From Pseudomonas phage PP9W2, in sequence record OM141125.2: 54,250 nt of DNA; one strand, given 5' to 3'. The position numbers and the translations under genes were made by a program. The notes under the pieces were generated by a model, which did no database searches, was not told where the DNA came from, and saw nothing but the letters and a program-made list of their open reading frames with translations. Shown piece by piece: positions 9,879-18,636 of this stretch. The stretch's first letter is position 1. Every line of letters begins with the position of its first letter.

Positions 9879-10229
9879 ATGAAACTAGCCGATCTGGTGG
9901 CCGCTGGCGCGGTCCTGGGCGATGGACTGGTGAAGAAAAGCATCACCTGGACGCACACTCCGCCGGGTAAGAAAAAGGCGGTCACGGACACCTTCGATGT
10001 ATTCATCAAGCGCAGCAGTTTCGGCGCCATGGAACGCCTGTTCGCCCAAGACGACGACAAGAAGAGCCAGAATGCGCGTTACCTGGCTGAGAGCGTCAGA
10101 CTGGGCGAGGGTGGCGAGGAAGAGATTCCCTACGAAACTGCGTTCAACCTCGACCCTGCGTTGGGCTTCCTGCTCTTGCAGGCTGTCGCGGAGGTAAATG
10201 GCACGGCGCCGGGTGACGAAAAAAACTGA
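9879..10229 (+). CDS. tail assembly chaperone (gpG-like)
   Basis: Acidic 116 aa protein between the major tail and tape measure genes; ends at the slippery site. Confidence 0.6.
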   Translation: MKLADLVAAGAVLGDGLVKKSITWTHTPPGKKKAVTDTFDVFIKRSSFGAMERLFAQDDDKKSQNARYLAESVRLGEGGEEEIPYETAFNLDPALGFLLLQAVAEVNGTAPGDEKN

Positions 10230-10525
10230 CGCCCGCCGATGAGGTTTGGCATGAACTCGTGCTGAACGGCATCGGCGGTTGCACCATTCGCGAGGCGAAG
10301 GAGCGCATCGACTACGATGAGTACAGGGCGTGGGTTGCCTACCTGAAAAAGCGTGGCTCCCTCAACGGGAGCTATCGCCTGGAGTGGGTGCTGGCTCAGT
10401 TAGCCGCGATTCAGGCCAAGGTAGGGGGTGTGAAGTGCGAACCCGACGACTTCCGCCCCCATGTTCGGGGGCCGGTAGAGCCGGTGGGTATCTCGCTCGA
10501 GCAAGCCATGGCCGCATGGGTTTGA
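9879..10525 (+). CDS. tail assembly chaperone G-T fusion by programmed -1 frameshift
   Basis: Heptamer A_AAA_AAC at 10220-10226 lies in the zero-frame register, 1 codon before the G stop. The -1 frame continues as KKLTPADEVW... into the 10259..10525 ORF (gpT-like). Confidence 0.55.
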
Positions 10526-10563
10526 CCTGGCAAGGATGCCGGGTTCCTGTGCTGGCGCTCCGG

Positions 10564-10593
10564 TTGGCGAGGATGCTGGCTCCGTGCTAGATT
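10564..10593 (+). promoter_or_regulatory. candidate sigma70 promoter of cargo cassette
   Basis: TTGGCG-N18-TAGATT about 30 nt upstream of the lipoprotein ATG, at the start of a lower-GC island. Confidence 0.3.
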
Positions 10594-10622
10594 CCGGGCG
10601 ATCACCACCGGGAGGGTTGTTA

Positions 10623-10952
10623 ATGCGTAATATATTGGTTGCTTCAATAGTTCTAACTGCTGTTTTAAGTGGATGCGCCTCTAGTGGAAAAGAGATTACG
10701 CAGGAGCAGGTGGATAGAATTGTGCAGGGACAAACAACTCAGGATCAGTTGATTTCGATTTTTGGCAAGCCCATGGCGGAACAATACAATTCAGATGGGA
10801 GCCGTGTACTTACCTGGGGGTATGCCTATGTTGGGTTTATGGGGGCTGGCACAGAAACCCAGGGGCTTTCGGTAATTCTTGGTCCAGATGGAAAGGTTAC
10901 AGGGTATAGCAGGGCAGGTTCCTCTCCATCCCCTGCAAGATTTGGTCGGTAA
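10623..10952 (+). CDS. BamE/SmpA-OmlA-like lipoprotein
   Basis: Signal peptide plus lipobox LSGC. ITQEQVDRIVQGQTTQDQLISIFGKP...LTWGYAY matches the BamE pattern. GGAGGG RBS. AT-richer than its surroundings. Confidence 0.6.
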   Translation: MRNILVASIVLTAVLSGCASSGKEITQEQVDRIVQGQTTQDQLISIFGKPMAEQYNSDGSRVLTWGYAYVGFMGAGTETQGLSVILGPDGKVTGYSRAGSSPSPARFGR

Positions 10953-10988
10953 GCTGTTTTAGTTTCTGATTTAATCGGCAGGTAAGAT

Positions 10989-11300
10989 ATGTTTGAGGAA
11001 GTTTATAATAATTGGGTTTCTATTTTGTTTTTCGGGGTTTGGTTGGCGTCAATCTCTGCGTATCTGGCAGCATCTCGCAGAAGAAGTATAGCCCTATGGT
11101 TTGTCTTTGGTTTCTTCGCTCCGATAATCGCCATACCTCTTATATTTATTCTAGGGGAAGATAAGCAAGCGTCTGAACGCTCGTCTCGTCAGGCCGCAGT
11201 GGATGTCGGTATATCGAATGGTTTTAAGAAATGCCCATATTGCGCGGAAGCCGTCAGAGAGGAGGCTAAGCTATGCCGACATTGTCGGTCTGAGATATGA
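10989..11300 (+). CDS. 2-TM membrane protein with C-terminal zinc ribbon
   Basis: Two hydrophobic helices and a CPYC...CRHC ribbon; AGGTAAG RBS; low GC. Confidence 0.55.
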   Translation: MFEEVYNNWVSILFFGVWLASISAYLAASRRRSIALWFVFGFFAPIIAIPLIFILGEDKQASERSSRQAAVDVGISNGFKKCPYCAEAVREEAKLCRHCRSEI

Positions 11301-11398
11301 GATATGGGCATGTCTGTACTGGCATCGGCCAAACTAAAATTGGCCGAAAATCATATTCAATGGGGATGATTATCTGAAGAAGTAGAAAATCCCTATGC

Positions 11399-11424
11399 AA
11401 GCCGCCTTCGGGCGGTTTTTTATT
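11399..11424 (+). terminator. rho-independent terminator
   Basis: gccgccttcgggcgg followed by TTTTTTATT, just upstream of the tape measure RBS. Confidence 0.5.
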
Positions 11425-11441
11425 GTCCGGAGAAAAGCTAA

Positions 11442-14400
11442 ATGGCCTCTCGCTCCCTTGGTGTGCTGACGCTCGACCTCATTGCGCGCATTGGGGGATT
11501 TCAGCAGAACATGAATCGTGCAGCCCAGGATACTGCGCGCAGTATGGGGCGGATCGAGCAAAGCACGCAGCGGGCGAGTTCGACGGCAGTTAGCGCTATC
11601 AAGTCTATTGGTGTTGCGGCGGCTGCTTATCTGAGCGCCCGAGAACTTGTTGGATATTCGCAAGCCTGGGTCTCTATTGAGAACCGCATCAAGCAGGTCA
11701 GCGAAAGTCAGGCTCAGTTCAGTCAGTCGATGGATGCAGTGTATTCCGTCGCTCAGAATGCGCAGTCATCTTTGGAGGGCACTGCGGAGCTGTACCAGAG
11801 GATTGCCGCTTCAACTGGCGACCTCGGGGTAAATCAACAGCAAGTTGTCCAGGTGACCCAGAACATCAGCAAGGCCATGTCGGCCAGTGGTGTTTCCGCT
11901 GCCGCTGCGGAAGGTGCGCTGGTGCAACTCGGACAGGCCTTTGCCTCTGGCGTGCTCCGAGGACAGGAGTTGAACTCGGTACTCGAGCAGGCTCCGGGCT
12001 TGGCCCAGGCCGTCGCAAACGGTCTCGGGGTTGCGGTTGGAGACCTCCGGAAGCTTGGCGAACAGGGCAAGCTGACCTCCAAGCAGGTCTTCGAGGCGAT
12101 TCTGTCTCAAACCCGAGCTATTGATGACCAGTTTGCGCGCGCCCAGACTACCATCGCTGGCGCGTTTCAAGTTCTGGAGAACAGCGCGACCAAAGCGATC
12201 GGCAGCCTAGATAGCACTCTCGGGGTGTCCAAGGCTTTTACGGAAGCCATGGTTTCCCTGTCGAAGTCGCTTGACTCTACGGGCGTACAGGCCTTCGTCC
12301 AGGTCCTGAATACTGGGCTGTATCTGGCGATCGGACGTACTGCTGGCGCTCTGGTAAGCGCGACGGCTGCCAAGATCGCAGACGCCAAGGCGACCCAGGA
12401 GCAGACCTATGCTGCGTCGGTTGCTGCGGCCGGAGAGGTGCGACGCGCCCAGGCGGTCAAGGCCGAGGCCGTTGCTGAGTTAGACCGAGCCCGCCAAGCC
12501 GTGGCTTCTGCTCGTGCACAGGTGGCTGCTGATCGGGAGCGGCAAGCCTCCGAAATCTCTCGTTTGCGGGCCGTACAGGCATCGCTTGTGGCTGAGCGCG
12601 AACTCGAAGGTCAGCGGCTGAAGGCCCAAATCACAGAGATTGGCCGACAGCAGTCTGTCGCTCGAATGGCCGAGTTACGGCTATCCGAAACGGCCATCAT
12701 CAAGCAGCTTCAGGCTGCCGAGGCGCAATTGACGGCCACCTCCGTGGCGGGCTCGCAGGCGGTTACCGCAGCCCTTGCTCAGCGAGTGTCTGCAACCGAA
12801 GCGCTTTCTGCGGCGAACTTGCAACTTACCGCAACTCAAACTGCCTCGACGGCCGCAATGGGCCGATGGTTCGCGGCCAGCACAGCTTTGGGGGCAGGGT
12901 TAAATGCCCTGAGAACAGCAGGCGCGGGGATTCTCAGGATTGCTGCTGGATGGCCGGGGCTGATCATCTCGCTGGGGATGGTAGCCTTGTCCTTCGTCGA
13001 TTTCGGGGGCAAGGCCGAGAGTAATGCTGGTCGTGCGGCCAATGCTTTCGAAGACGCCTCCACCCGCATCCGTCAGGCCGCTCGGACGATGATTCCGGAG
13101 GATCTTTCCGGGCTCAGCTATGAGCAGTTGAAGCAGCAGTTGGCGGGCCTTCAGGATCAATTGAAGGATGCCGAGGCGCTTCAGGAGCGGTTCCAGAAGG
13201 GCGTTGACGACAATACCGACGTTCCGTTTGGTCCTTCGCTGGACGAGGCAAAGGAGAAAGCAGAGTCCTTGCGCCTTGCCATCCAGAAGACACAGCGAGA
13301 ACTGGACGGTGCAAGGTTCGCTTCGGATAAGGCTGGCGCGAGCTATCTGGATAATTTGCAGAAGCAGAGCGTTGTCGCCGGCAAACTGACCGAGGTAGAG
13401 AAGCTCCGTGCCCAGGTCAACGCTGGCATCCTGAAGCTAAGTCCTGACGATGAAAAGCGCGCCCTGGCCTATGCCGCAGCCGTGGACAAGGCGAATGCCT
13501 CGACCAAGTCCCAGAAGGACCTGTTGAAGGACTCTGCGAAGGGGCTGAAGCAGGCTGAGGAGCGGTATCGGGACCTCAAGAAGGAGATAGACCCTACCGC
13601 GACTGCGACGGACGAGTACAGGAAGAACATCGAAGCCCTCAACATCCTGAAGGGCAGGGGAAAGATCACGAGCCAGGAGTATGCGAAGGGAATCGACTGG
13701 GCGGCCAAGTCGTTCAACTCCGCAGTGGACGCGGCTAATCCGTTCGTGAAGCGGCTCAGAGAGATCAAGTCCGCGATGGACGAGAGCTTGGGCAATCTCA
13801 AGCTCGAAGGGCAACGCGAAATCCTCGGGATGGGGATGAGCGATAGCCAGAGGGGGCTGTTCGACAAGCTGAACGAGGAGAATGACCGTTACGCCAAGGC
13901 CCGCAGGGATCTTGCCGACCGCTACGCAGACAGATCGGTCGGGATGAGCGACGACGAGTACCAGCAGGAACTTCAGGCTCAGCAGAAACACCATGAGCAA
14001 ATGCTGGAGCAGTTGCAGGCAAACTACGATGCTCGACTTGAGGCCCAGGGGGACTGGGTGTCTGGAGCCCGCTCCGCATGGGAAACCTACGTGGAGGATG
14101 CACAGAATTACTCGAAGCAGGCCTCTGACTTCGTGTCTGGCGCACTTGGCGATGCTACCAACGGCTTGGGCGATGCAATCACCGATATCGTCACGCGGAC
14201 CAAGAGCCTCGGAGATGCGTTCGGTGACATGGCTGCGGACCTGGCTAAGTCGGTCATCAAGGCCCTGGCTGACATGGCCGCCCAGTGGCTTGTCTACCAG
14301 GCGGTGCAGTTGGTCGTAGGGAAGACGGCTCAATCGACTGCGGCAATCGGGCTGGTCGCCAATGCTCAGGCAACGGCGTTCCAGGCACAGCTAGCAGCTT

Positions 14401-14831
14401 TTGCCTCGACGGCTGCCATCCCGATTGTTGGCCCTGGCCTGGCTGCTGGTGCTGCTGCGGCTGCCGCCGCAGCTACCGCGCCAATGGTTGCTGGAGTTTC
14501 TTCGGCGGCCTTCGCGGGCATCGCGCACGGCGGCATCGACAACATCCCGAAGGAGAGTACCTGGCTGCTTGATGCTGGTGAGCGGGTGCTCAGTCCGAAT
14601 CAAAACAGGGACCTGACTGCTTTCCTCAGCAGGGAAGGCGGCGCGAGTGCTGGGGCTGGACAGGCGCCGTCGATCACTATCAACGCTCCGGTCACGGTTA
14701 ATGCCCAGCCCGGCATGAGCCAAGAGGAAGCTCGAATGCAGGGAGAGGCTGCCGGGCTGGCCTTGCGGGAGGAGGTCCGGGGCGTCATTCGGGAAGAGTT
14801 GGGGCAGAACGGTCTGCTTTGGAGGCGATAA
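11442..14831 (+). CDS. tail tape measure protein
   Basis: 1129 aa, Ala/Gln-rich and alpha-helical, with a C-terminal Gly/Ala hydrophobic region. Confidence 0.85.
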   Translation: MASRSLGVLTLDLIARIGGFQQNMNRAAQDTARSMGRIEQSTQRASSTAVSAIKSIGVAAAAYLSARELVGYSQAWVSIENRIKQVSESQAQFSQSMDAVYSVAQNAQSSLEGTAELYQRIAASTGDLGVNQQQVVQVTQNISKAMSASGVSAAAAEGALVQLGQAFASGVLRGQELNSVLEQAPGLAQAVANGLGVAVGDLRKLGEQGKLTSKQVFEAILSQTRAIDDQFARAQTTIAGAFQVLENSATKAIGSLDSTLGVSKAFTEAMVSLSKSLDSTGVQAFVQVLNTGLYLAIGRTAGALVSATAAKIADAKATQEQTYAASVAAAGEVRRAQAVKAEAVAELDRARQAVASARAQVAADRERQASEISRLRAVQASLVAERELEGQRLKAQITEIGRQQSVARMAELRLSETAIIKQLQAAEAQLTATSVAGSQAVTAALAQRVSATEALSAANLQLTATQTASTAAMGRWFAASTALGAGLNALRTAGAGILRIAAGWPGLIISLGMVALSFVDFGGKAESNAGRAANAFEDASTRIRQAARTMIPEDLSGLSYEQLKQQLAGLQDQLKDAEALQERFQKGVDDNTDVPFGPSLDEAKEKAESLRLAIQKTQRELDGARFASDKAGASYLDNLQKQSVVAGKLTEVEKLRAQVNAGILKLSPDDEKRALAYAAAVDKANASTKSQKDLLKDSAKGLKQAEERYRDLKKEIDPTATATDEYRKNIEALNILKGRGKITSQEYAKGIDWAAKSFNSAVDAANPFVKRLREIKSAMDESLGNLKLEGQREILGMGMSDSQRGLFDKLNEENDRYAKARRDLADRYADRSVGMSDDEYQQELQAQQKHHEQMLEQLQANYDARLEAQGDWVSGARSAWETYVEDAQNYSKQASDFVSGALGDATNGLGDAITDIVTRTKSLGDAFGDMAADLAKSVIKALADMAAQWLVYQAVQLVVGKTAQSTAAIGLVANAQATAFQAQLAAFASTAAIPIVGPGLAAGAAAAAAAATAPMVAGVSSAAFAGIAHGGIDNIPKESTWLLDAGERVLSPNQNRDLTAFLSREGGASAGAGQAPSITINAPVTVNAQPGMSQEEARMQGEAAGLALREEVRGVIREELGQNGLLWRR

Positions 14832-15179
14832 GTGGCTGAGACCTTTTCTTACTGTACCCGCCTTGGAGCTAGCGGCGAGATTGCCCAGCGCACCTGGCAG
14901 AACGACTTCGGGGATGGATACGTTCAGTCCGGCGGAACGGGGATCAACACCAGATCCGAGATCTGGGATGGAATGACGATCATCGGGCGCCTGGAGGCTG
15001 GTGATGATCTCCTGGGCGCCCGCGCCTTCCTGGACCGGCACGAGGGGTATAGGTCGTTCCTATGGACGCCCCCTGGCGGCGCACAGGGTCGATACCGGTG
15101 CAATGGATACAAGCTGAGGCCGTTGGGTGGAGGGCTGTACGAACTGAGTTTCACGTTCGTCCAAGTCTTCTACCCGTAG
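14832..15179 (+). CDS. minor tail protein (lambda gpM-like)
   Basis: 115 aa immediately after the tape measure gene; GTG start; gpM-like size and sequence. Confidence 0.6.
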   Translation: MAETFSYCTRLGASGEIAQRTWQNDFGDGYVQSGGTGINTRSEIWDGMTIIGRLEAGDDLLGARAFLDRHEGYRSFLWTPPGGAQGRYRCNGYKLRPLGGGLYELSFTFVQVFYP

Positions 15180-15216
15180 CAACCAACCATGAGCGGTTAT
15201 GCCGCGGGAGAGAGGA

Positions 15217-15375
15217 ATGAACACCCAAACTACCACCAAAGGTCAGGCTATTAAAAGCCAAGCTGTAGACTCGAAAGGAAATCCAGCTTGGCTTTTACGC
15301 TCTGACGGTCAAATCGTGATTTCGGCGCAGTTCGTAAAAGATAGCGCCGTGACCAAAGCTGTTATTCGCGGTTGA
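15217..15375 (+). CDS. small hypothetical protein (52 aa)
   Basis: MNTQTTTKGQAIKSQAVDSKGNPAWLLRSDGQIVISAQFVKDSAVTKAVIRG with a strong GGGAGAGAGG RBS; below the track cutoff. Confidence 0.3.
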   Translation: MNTQTTTKGQAIKSQAVDSKGNPAWLLRSDGQIVISAQFVKDSAVTKAVIRG

Positions 15376-15761
15376 TATTTGGGATATCAAGAGTGTAAGT
15401 TCTTGGTATCACTCCGTCCGGAAATACCTTTTGGAAAATCTCTAGCACGAAGTTATCTCCTACACCTTGCTGCCTGCATGCCAGTGAAGCTTTTCGGACG
15501 ATGTGTCTTTGTTGGCTGCAAGAATCTTCTGTCGAGTCAGGGTGCCTCTGATAAATTCAAGACAAAGCATAAATCTCGGAGCGAGTTGAATGAGCACTTT
15601 TGCTTGTGAGTCCAACATGAGGGAGCTCTCAATGAGCACAGGTCGGCCCATTGAGGAGCTAAAGCAGGTAGTCGTGACTGAGTTAATGGTCAAAGCCGCG
15701 ATGGATTATGTGCTCGGGTTATGGGATCGGGATGTCGACATTTTCCTGCTAGAGGATGTGT

Positions 15762-16379
15762 TCAGGATAATGGCAGTTCTTCAGCCTCGGCCTCTGGATA
15801 TTCCAAAATTGACGAGCGCACCTTCTCAATGAGCTTGTCGAACTTGGATAGCGATGCCGATTTAATTTCATCTGGAACACCGCATTCCAACAGCCCAGCA
15901 ATAATGCCGAGCAGGTAGTAAACCTGCATTAAGTCGAGCGCGATTTTTCTAAGTTCAAGCAACGTTAGCGTTTCTGAGTAGGGCGTTCCGTCACTGTTCC
16001 TCTTTGTTGGATGGTAGATAGGGGCCTCGTCCTTGCCCTCTGGTGATAACCCCCAGGCCCAATGGACGATCTTGTTTCTCTGCGCCGTCATCTTCTTGAA
16101 TGTGGACAGAGCGACATTCAGCCTTTCCGGTATGTCGATCGGTAACGGCGATGTTTCGAGAAGCTTTGTGACCGTTGCTGCTAATGAGGTCGAGCGGAGC
16201 CTTAATGATTCTACGACGACCGACTGGGTATCCGCTCTTAGTCCGCTTAGAAAACCGAATATCCGCATGAGCGGTTCATCGCACAGGCTGTGATTGACCA
16301 CGATCTGCCCGATTTCTGCCCGCATGGCAGAGTTTGGGCCCGCGTCGTATCTATAGTTTGTGGTTCTTGGGTCTTCCAT
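15762..16379 (-). CDS. HEPN-motif protein (Rx4H: AQRNKIVHWAW), candidate abortive-infection toxin
   Basis: 205 aa helical protein on the opposite strand, inside the M-L junction of the tail operon. GGAGG RBS before MEDPRTT. Local GC is about 48% against about 63% elsewhere. Confidence 0.5.
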   Translation of the reverse strand: MEDPRTTNYRYDAGPNSAMRAEIGQIVVNHSLCDEPLMRIFGFLSGLRADTQSVVVESLRLRSTSLAATVTKLLETSPLPIDIPERLNVALSTFKKMTAQRNKIVHWAWGLSPEGKDEAPIYHPTKRNSDGTPYSETLTLLELRKIALDLMQVYYLLGIIAGLLECGVPDEIKSASLSKFDKLIEKVRSSILEYPEAEAEELPLS

Positions 16380-16480
16380 TCCGCTTGCCTCCTCGGCCCC
16401 TGGTCTCATCCAAGCACGGGAAGCTACCGCCAGAGCAAACATGCTGCCACTGGCATTTCATCCACGCTGTACAACCTTCC

Positions 16481-16504
16481 AGCCCGCCTCGCGCGGGCTT
16501 TTTC
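16481..16504 (+). terminator. hairpin plus T-run (terminator-like) 16 nt upstream of gpL start
   Basis: agcccgc ctcgc gcgggct TTTTTCAT on the + strand. Confidence 0.3.
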
Positions 16505-16519
16505 ATATCTGGAGAACGC

Positions 16520-17221
16520 ATGGCCTTCAATGCTGATGTGCAGAAGCTTGAGCCGGGGAACCTGATCCGGCTGTTTGAGGTGGATGCGACGCGCCTTGGC
16601 GGAAATCTCTGGCGATTCCATGGCCACGCCCAGGAAGGGGAGATCATCTGGCAGGGAAATGTGTACGAGCCGATTCAAATCACCGCAAAAGGCTTTGATA
16701 TCCGCGGCGATGGTCGACCCGCGTCGCCGACCCTCCAACTGGCAAACGAGCTCGCCGGCATACGAGGAGCGATATCGGCCATCTGCCTTCAGTTGCGAGA
16801 CCTCTGTGGCGCCAGGGTTCGGGTGATCGAGACGTGGCGGCACTATCTGGATTCCGCGAACTTCCCTGATGGCAACCCCGATGCAGCCGACGAGGCTCGG
16901 GTGGGGATCTGGTTCATTGAGCAGAAGACCGAGGAAACCCGGGAGCAGGTCACCTTCGCGCTCAGCAGCCCTATCGACATGGAGGGGCAGATGCTACCGG
17001 CCCAGCAGATCACCAAGCTTTGCCGGTGGGCGTGCCGAGGTCAGTATCGAGGAGAGGCTTGCGCCTATACCGGCGCTGCCCTCTTCACGAAGAAGGATGA
17101 GCCTACCGATAACCCGGCTCTCGATCGGTGCGGCGGCCGCTGGAGCAGTTGCAAGCTGCGCGGCAACACCAACCGCTTCGGCGGTTCTTTGGGGGCAAGT
17201 TTGATCGTTTCGTCGAGGTAA
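16520..17221 (+). CDS. minor tail protein (lambda gpL-like)
   Basis: MAFNADVQKLEPGNLIRLFEVD...; C-terminal Cys cluster CRWACRG...C as in gpL; GGAGAA RBS. Confidence 0.7.
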   Translation: MAFNADVQKLEPGNLIRLFEVDATRLGGNLWRFHGHAQEGEIIWQGNVYEPIQITAKGFDIRGDGRPASPTLQLANELAGIRGAISAICLQLRDLCGARVRVIETWRHYLDSANFPDGNPDAADEARVGIWFIEQKTEETREQVTFALSSPIDMEGQMLPAQQITKLCRWACRGQYRGEACAYTGAALFTKKDEPTDNPALDRCGGRWSSCKLRGNTNRFGGSLGASLIVSSR

Positions 17222-17223
17222 GC

Positions 17224-18006
17224 ATGCGCATCAGTCAAAAGCTCCAGTGTCAGATCCTGGCGCACGCCGAAAGCGTCTACCCGAGCGAGGCGTGTGGCGT
17301 ATTGCTCAAGACCGATAGCGGCCGAGAATACGCTCCTTGTGGCAACCTGGCGGTCAGTGATCGCGAAAACTTCGTCATGGATCACCGGGACTACGCAGCA
17401 GCAGAGGACCGCGGCGAAGTAATTGCCGTCATCCATAGCCATCCTGACAAGGCTCCGATCCCGAGCATGGCAGACCGGGTCAGTTGTGAGCTTCACGGAT
17501 TGCCGTGGGGAATCATCGGGCTGCCGGGTGGGGAAATGACCTGGTTCAAACCATCAGGTTATCGTGCCCCGTTGCTTGGCCGAGAGTTTTCCCACGGCTT
17601 GCTCGACTGTTGGGGCGCCTGCCGGGATTGGTACGAGCGAGAAGCTGGGTTGACGCTGCCGAACTTCGAGCGCAAGGACCTTTGGTGGGAGGTCAAGGAC
17701 GGATCGAGCCTGTACGAGGACAATTACGAGAGTGCCGGTTTCTATCGCGTTGACGACCTGCGCCGTGGTGACATGCTGGTGTTTCAGGTGCCCACTCCAG
17801 GGAGGCCTTGTTATCACCCGAACCATGCCGCGATCTATCTCGGTGCCGATCCTTGTTTACGAAGTGAAGAGGCTCCAGCACTGGGCGGCTCGGGCCCGTT
17901 CATCTATCACCACATGGCGGGTCGCGCGGCCACACGTGAAATCTACGGCTGGTCCATGGCCAACAGGGTCCGGCTGATCCTTCGCCACAAGGACTTCCCC
18001 CAATGA
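17224..18006 (+). CDS. tail assembly protein K (JAB/MPN plus NlpC/P60)
   Basis: HSHP metalloprotease-like motif and a downstream Cys/His peptidase region, as in the gpK family. Confidence 0.7.
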   Translation: MRISQKLQCQILAHAESVYPSEACGVLLKTDSGREYAPCGNLAVSDRENFVMDHRDYAAAEDRGEVIAVIHSHPDKAPIPSMADRVSCELHGLPWGIIGLPGGEMTWFKPSGYRAPLLGREFSHGLLDCWGACRDWYEREAGLTLPNFERKDLWWEVKDGSSLYEDNYESAGFYRVDDLRRGDMLVFQVPTPGRPCYHPNHAAIYLGADPCLRSEEAPALGGSGPFIYHHMAGRAATREIYGWSMANRVRLILRHKDFPQ

Positions 18007-18581
18007 AGACCGTGCGACTGTATGGCGCGTTGCGCCGTGAATTTGGCCGTGAGTATGTGCTCGATGTATCAGGTCCGCGAGAGGCCACCATTGCCCTGGC
18101 CAGCATGGTAGATGGTTTCGAGAAATTCATGCGAACCGCAGAAGAGCGCGGGATGCGGTTCGCGGTTTTCGTAGGGCGGCGAAATCTTCGCGAAGAGGAG
18201 CTTGACCTGGCCGGAGCCGGCGAGTCGGTCATCCGCATCGTGCCAGTCATCCAAGGCAGCAAGAGTTCCGGAATTTTTCAGACGGTCCTGGGAGCGGCGT
18301 TGGTCGTTGCGGGCTATTTCACGTTCGGCACCACCTCGGCAATAGGCGTTGCAATGATGGCTGGCGGCGCTGGCCTGGCGCTTGGTGGCGTTGCCCAGAT
18401 GCTGGCCCCGTCAACTCAGGCTTCCGCCGCGAAGAACGAGGATGGGAATAACCCGAGCTATGGATTCGGTGGCGCCATGACCACTATTGCTCAGGGCAAC
18501 CCATACCCAGTGCTTTACGGCGAGCGAGAGATCGGCGGCGCCGTCGAGTCGGGCGGGGTTTACACGGAAGACCAGCTCTAG
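18003..18581 (+). CDS. tail assembly protein I
   Basis: ATGA overlap with K; ubiquitin-like N-terminus and a Gly/Ala-rich hydrophobic C-terminus, as in lambda gpI. Confidence 0.65.
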   Translation: MKTVRLYGALRREFGREYVLDVSGPREATIALASMVDGFEKFMRTAEERGMRFAVFVGRRNLREEELDLAGAGESVIRIVPVIQGSKSSGIFQTVLGAALVVAGYFTFGTTSAIGVAMMAGGAGLALGGVAQMLAPSTQASAAKNEDGNNPSYGFGGAMTTIAQGNPYPVLYGEREIGGAVESGGVYTEDQL

Positions 18582-18595
18582 CACGACCGCTGCCA

Positions 18596-18624
18596 GACCC
18601 CGCTTCGGCGGGGTTTCTTGTTTC
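18596..18624 (+). terminator. hairpin plus T-rich tract
   Basis: gaccccgcttcggcggggtt followed by tcttgttt. Confidence 0.35.
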
Positions 18625-18636
18625 TGGAGATCGAAA

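Noticed and set aside
15379-15832. Small ORFs 15379..15609 (+), 15460..15693 (-) and 15590..15832 (+) beside or overlapping the HEPN gene
   Set aside because: They have TTG starts or no RBS and mutual overlaps. Only 15632..15832 (+) has a plausible RBS (GAGGGAG), and it overlaps the HEPN gene's 3-prime end convergently. This is unresolved, so it is not called.
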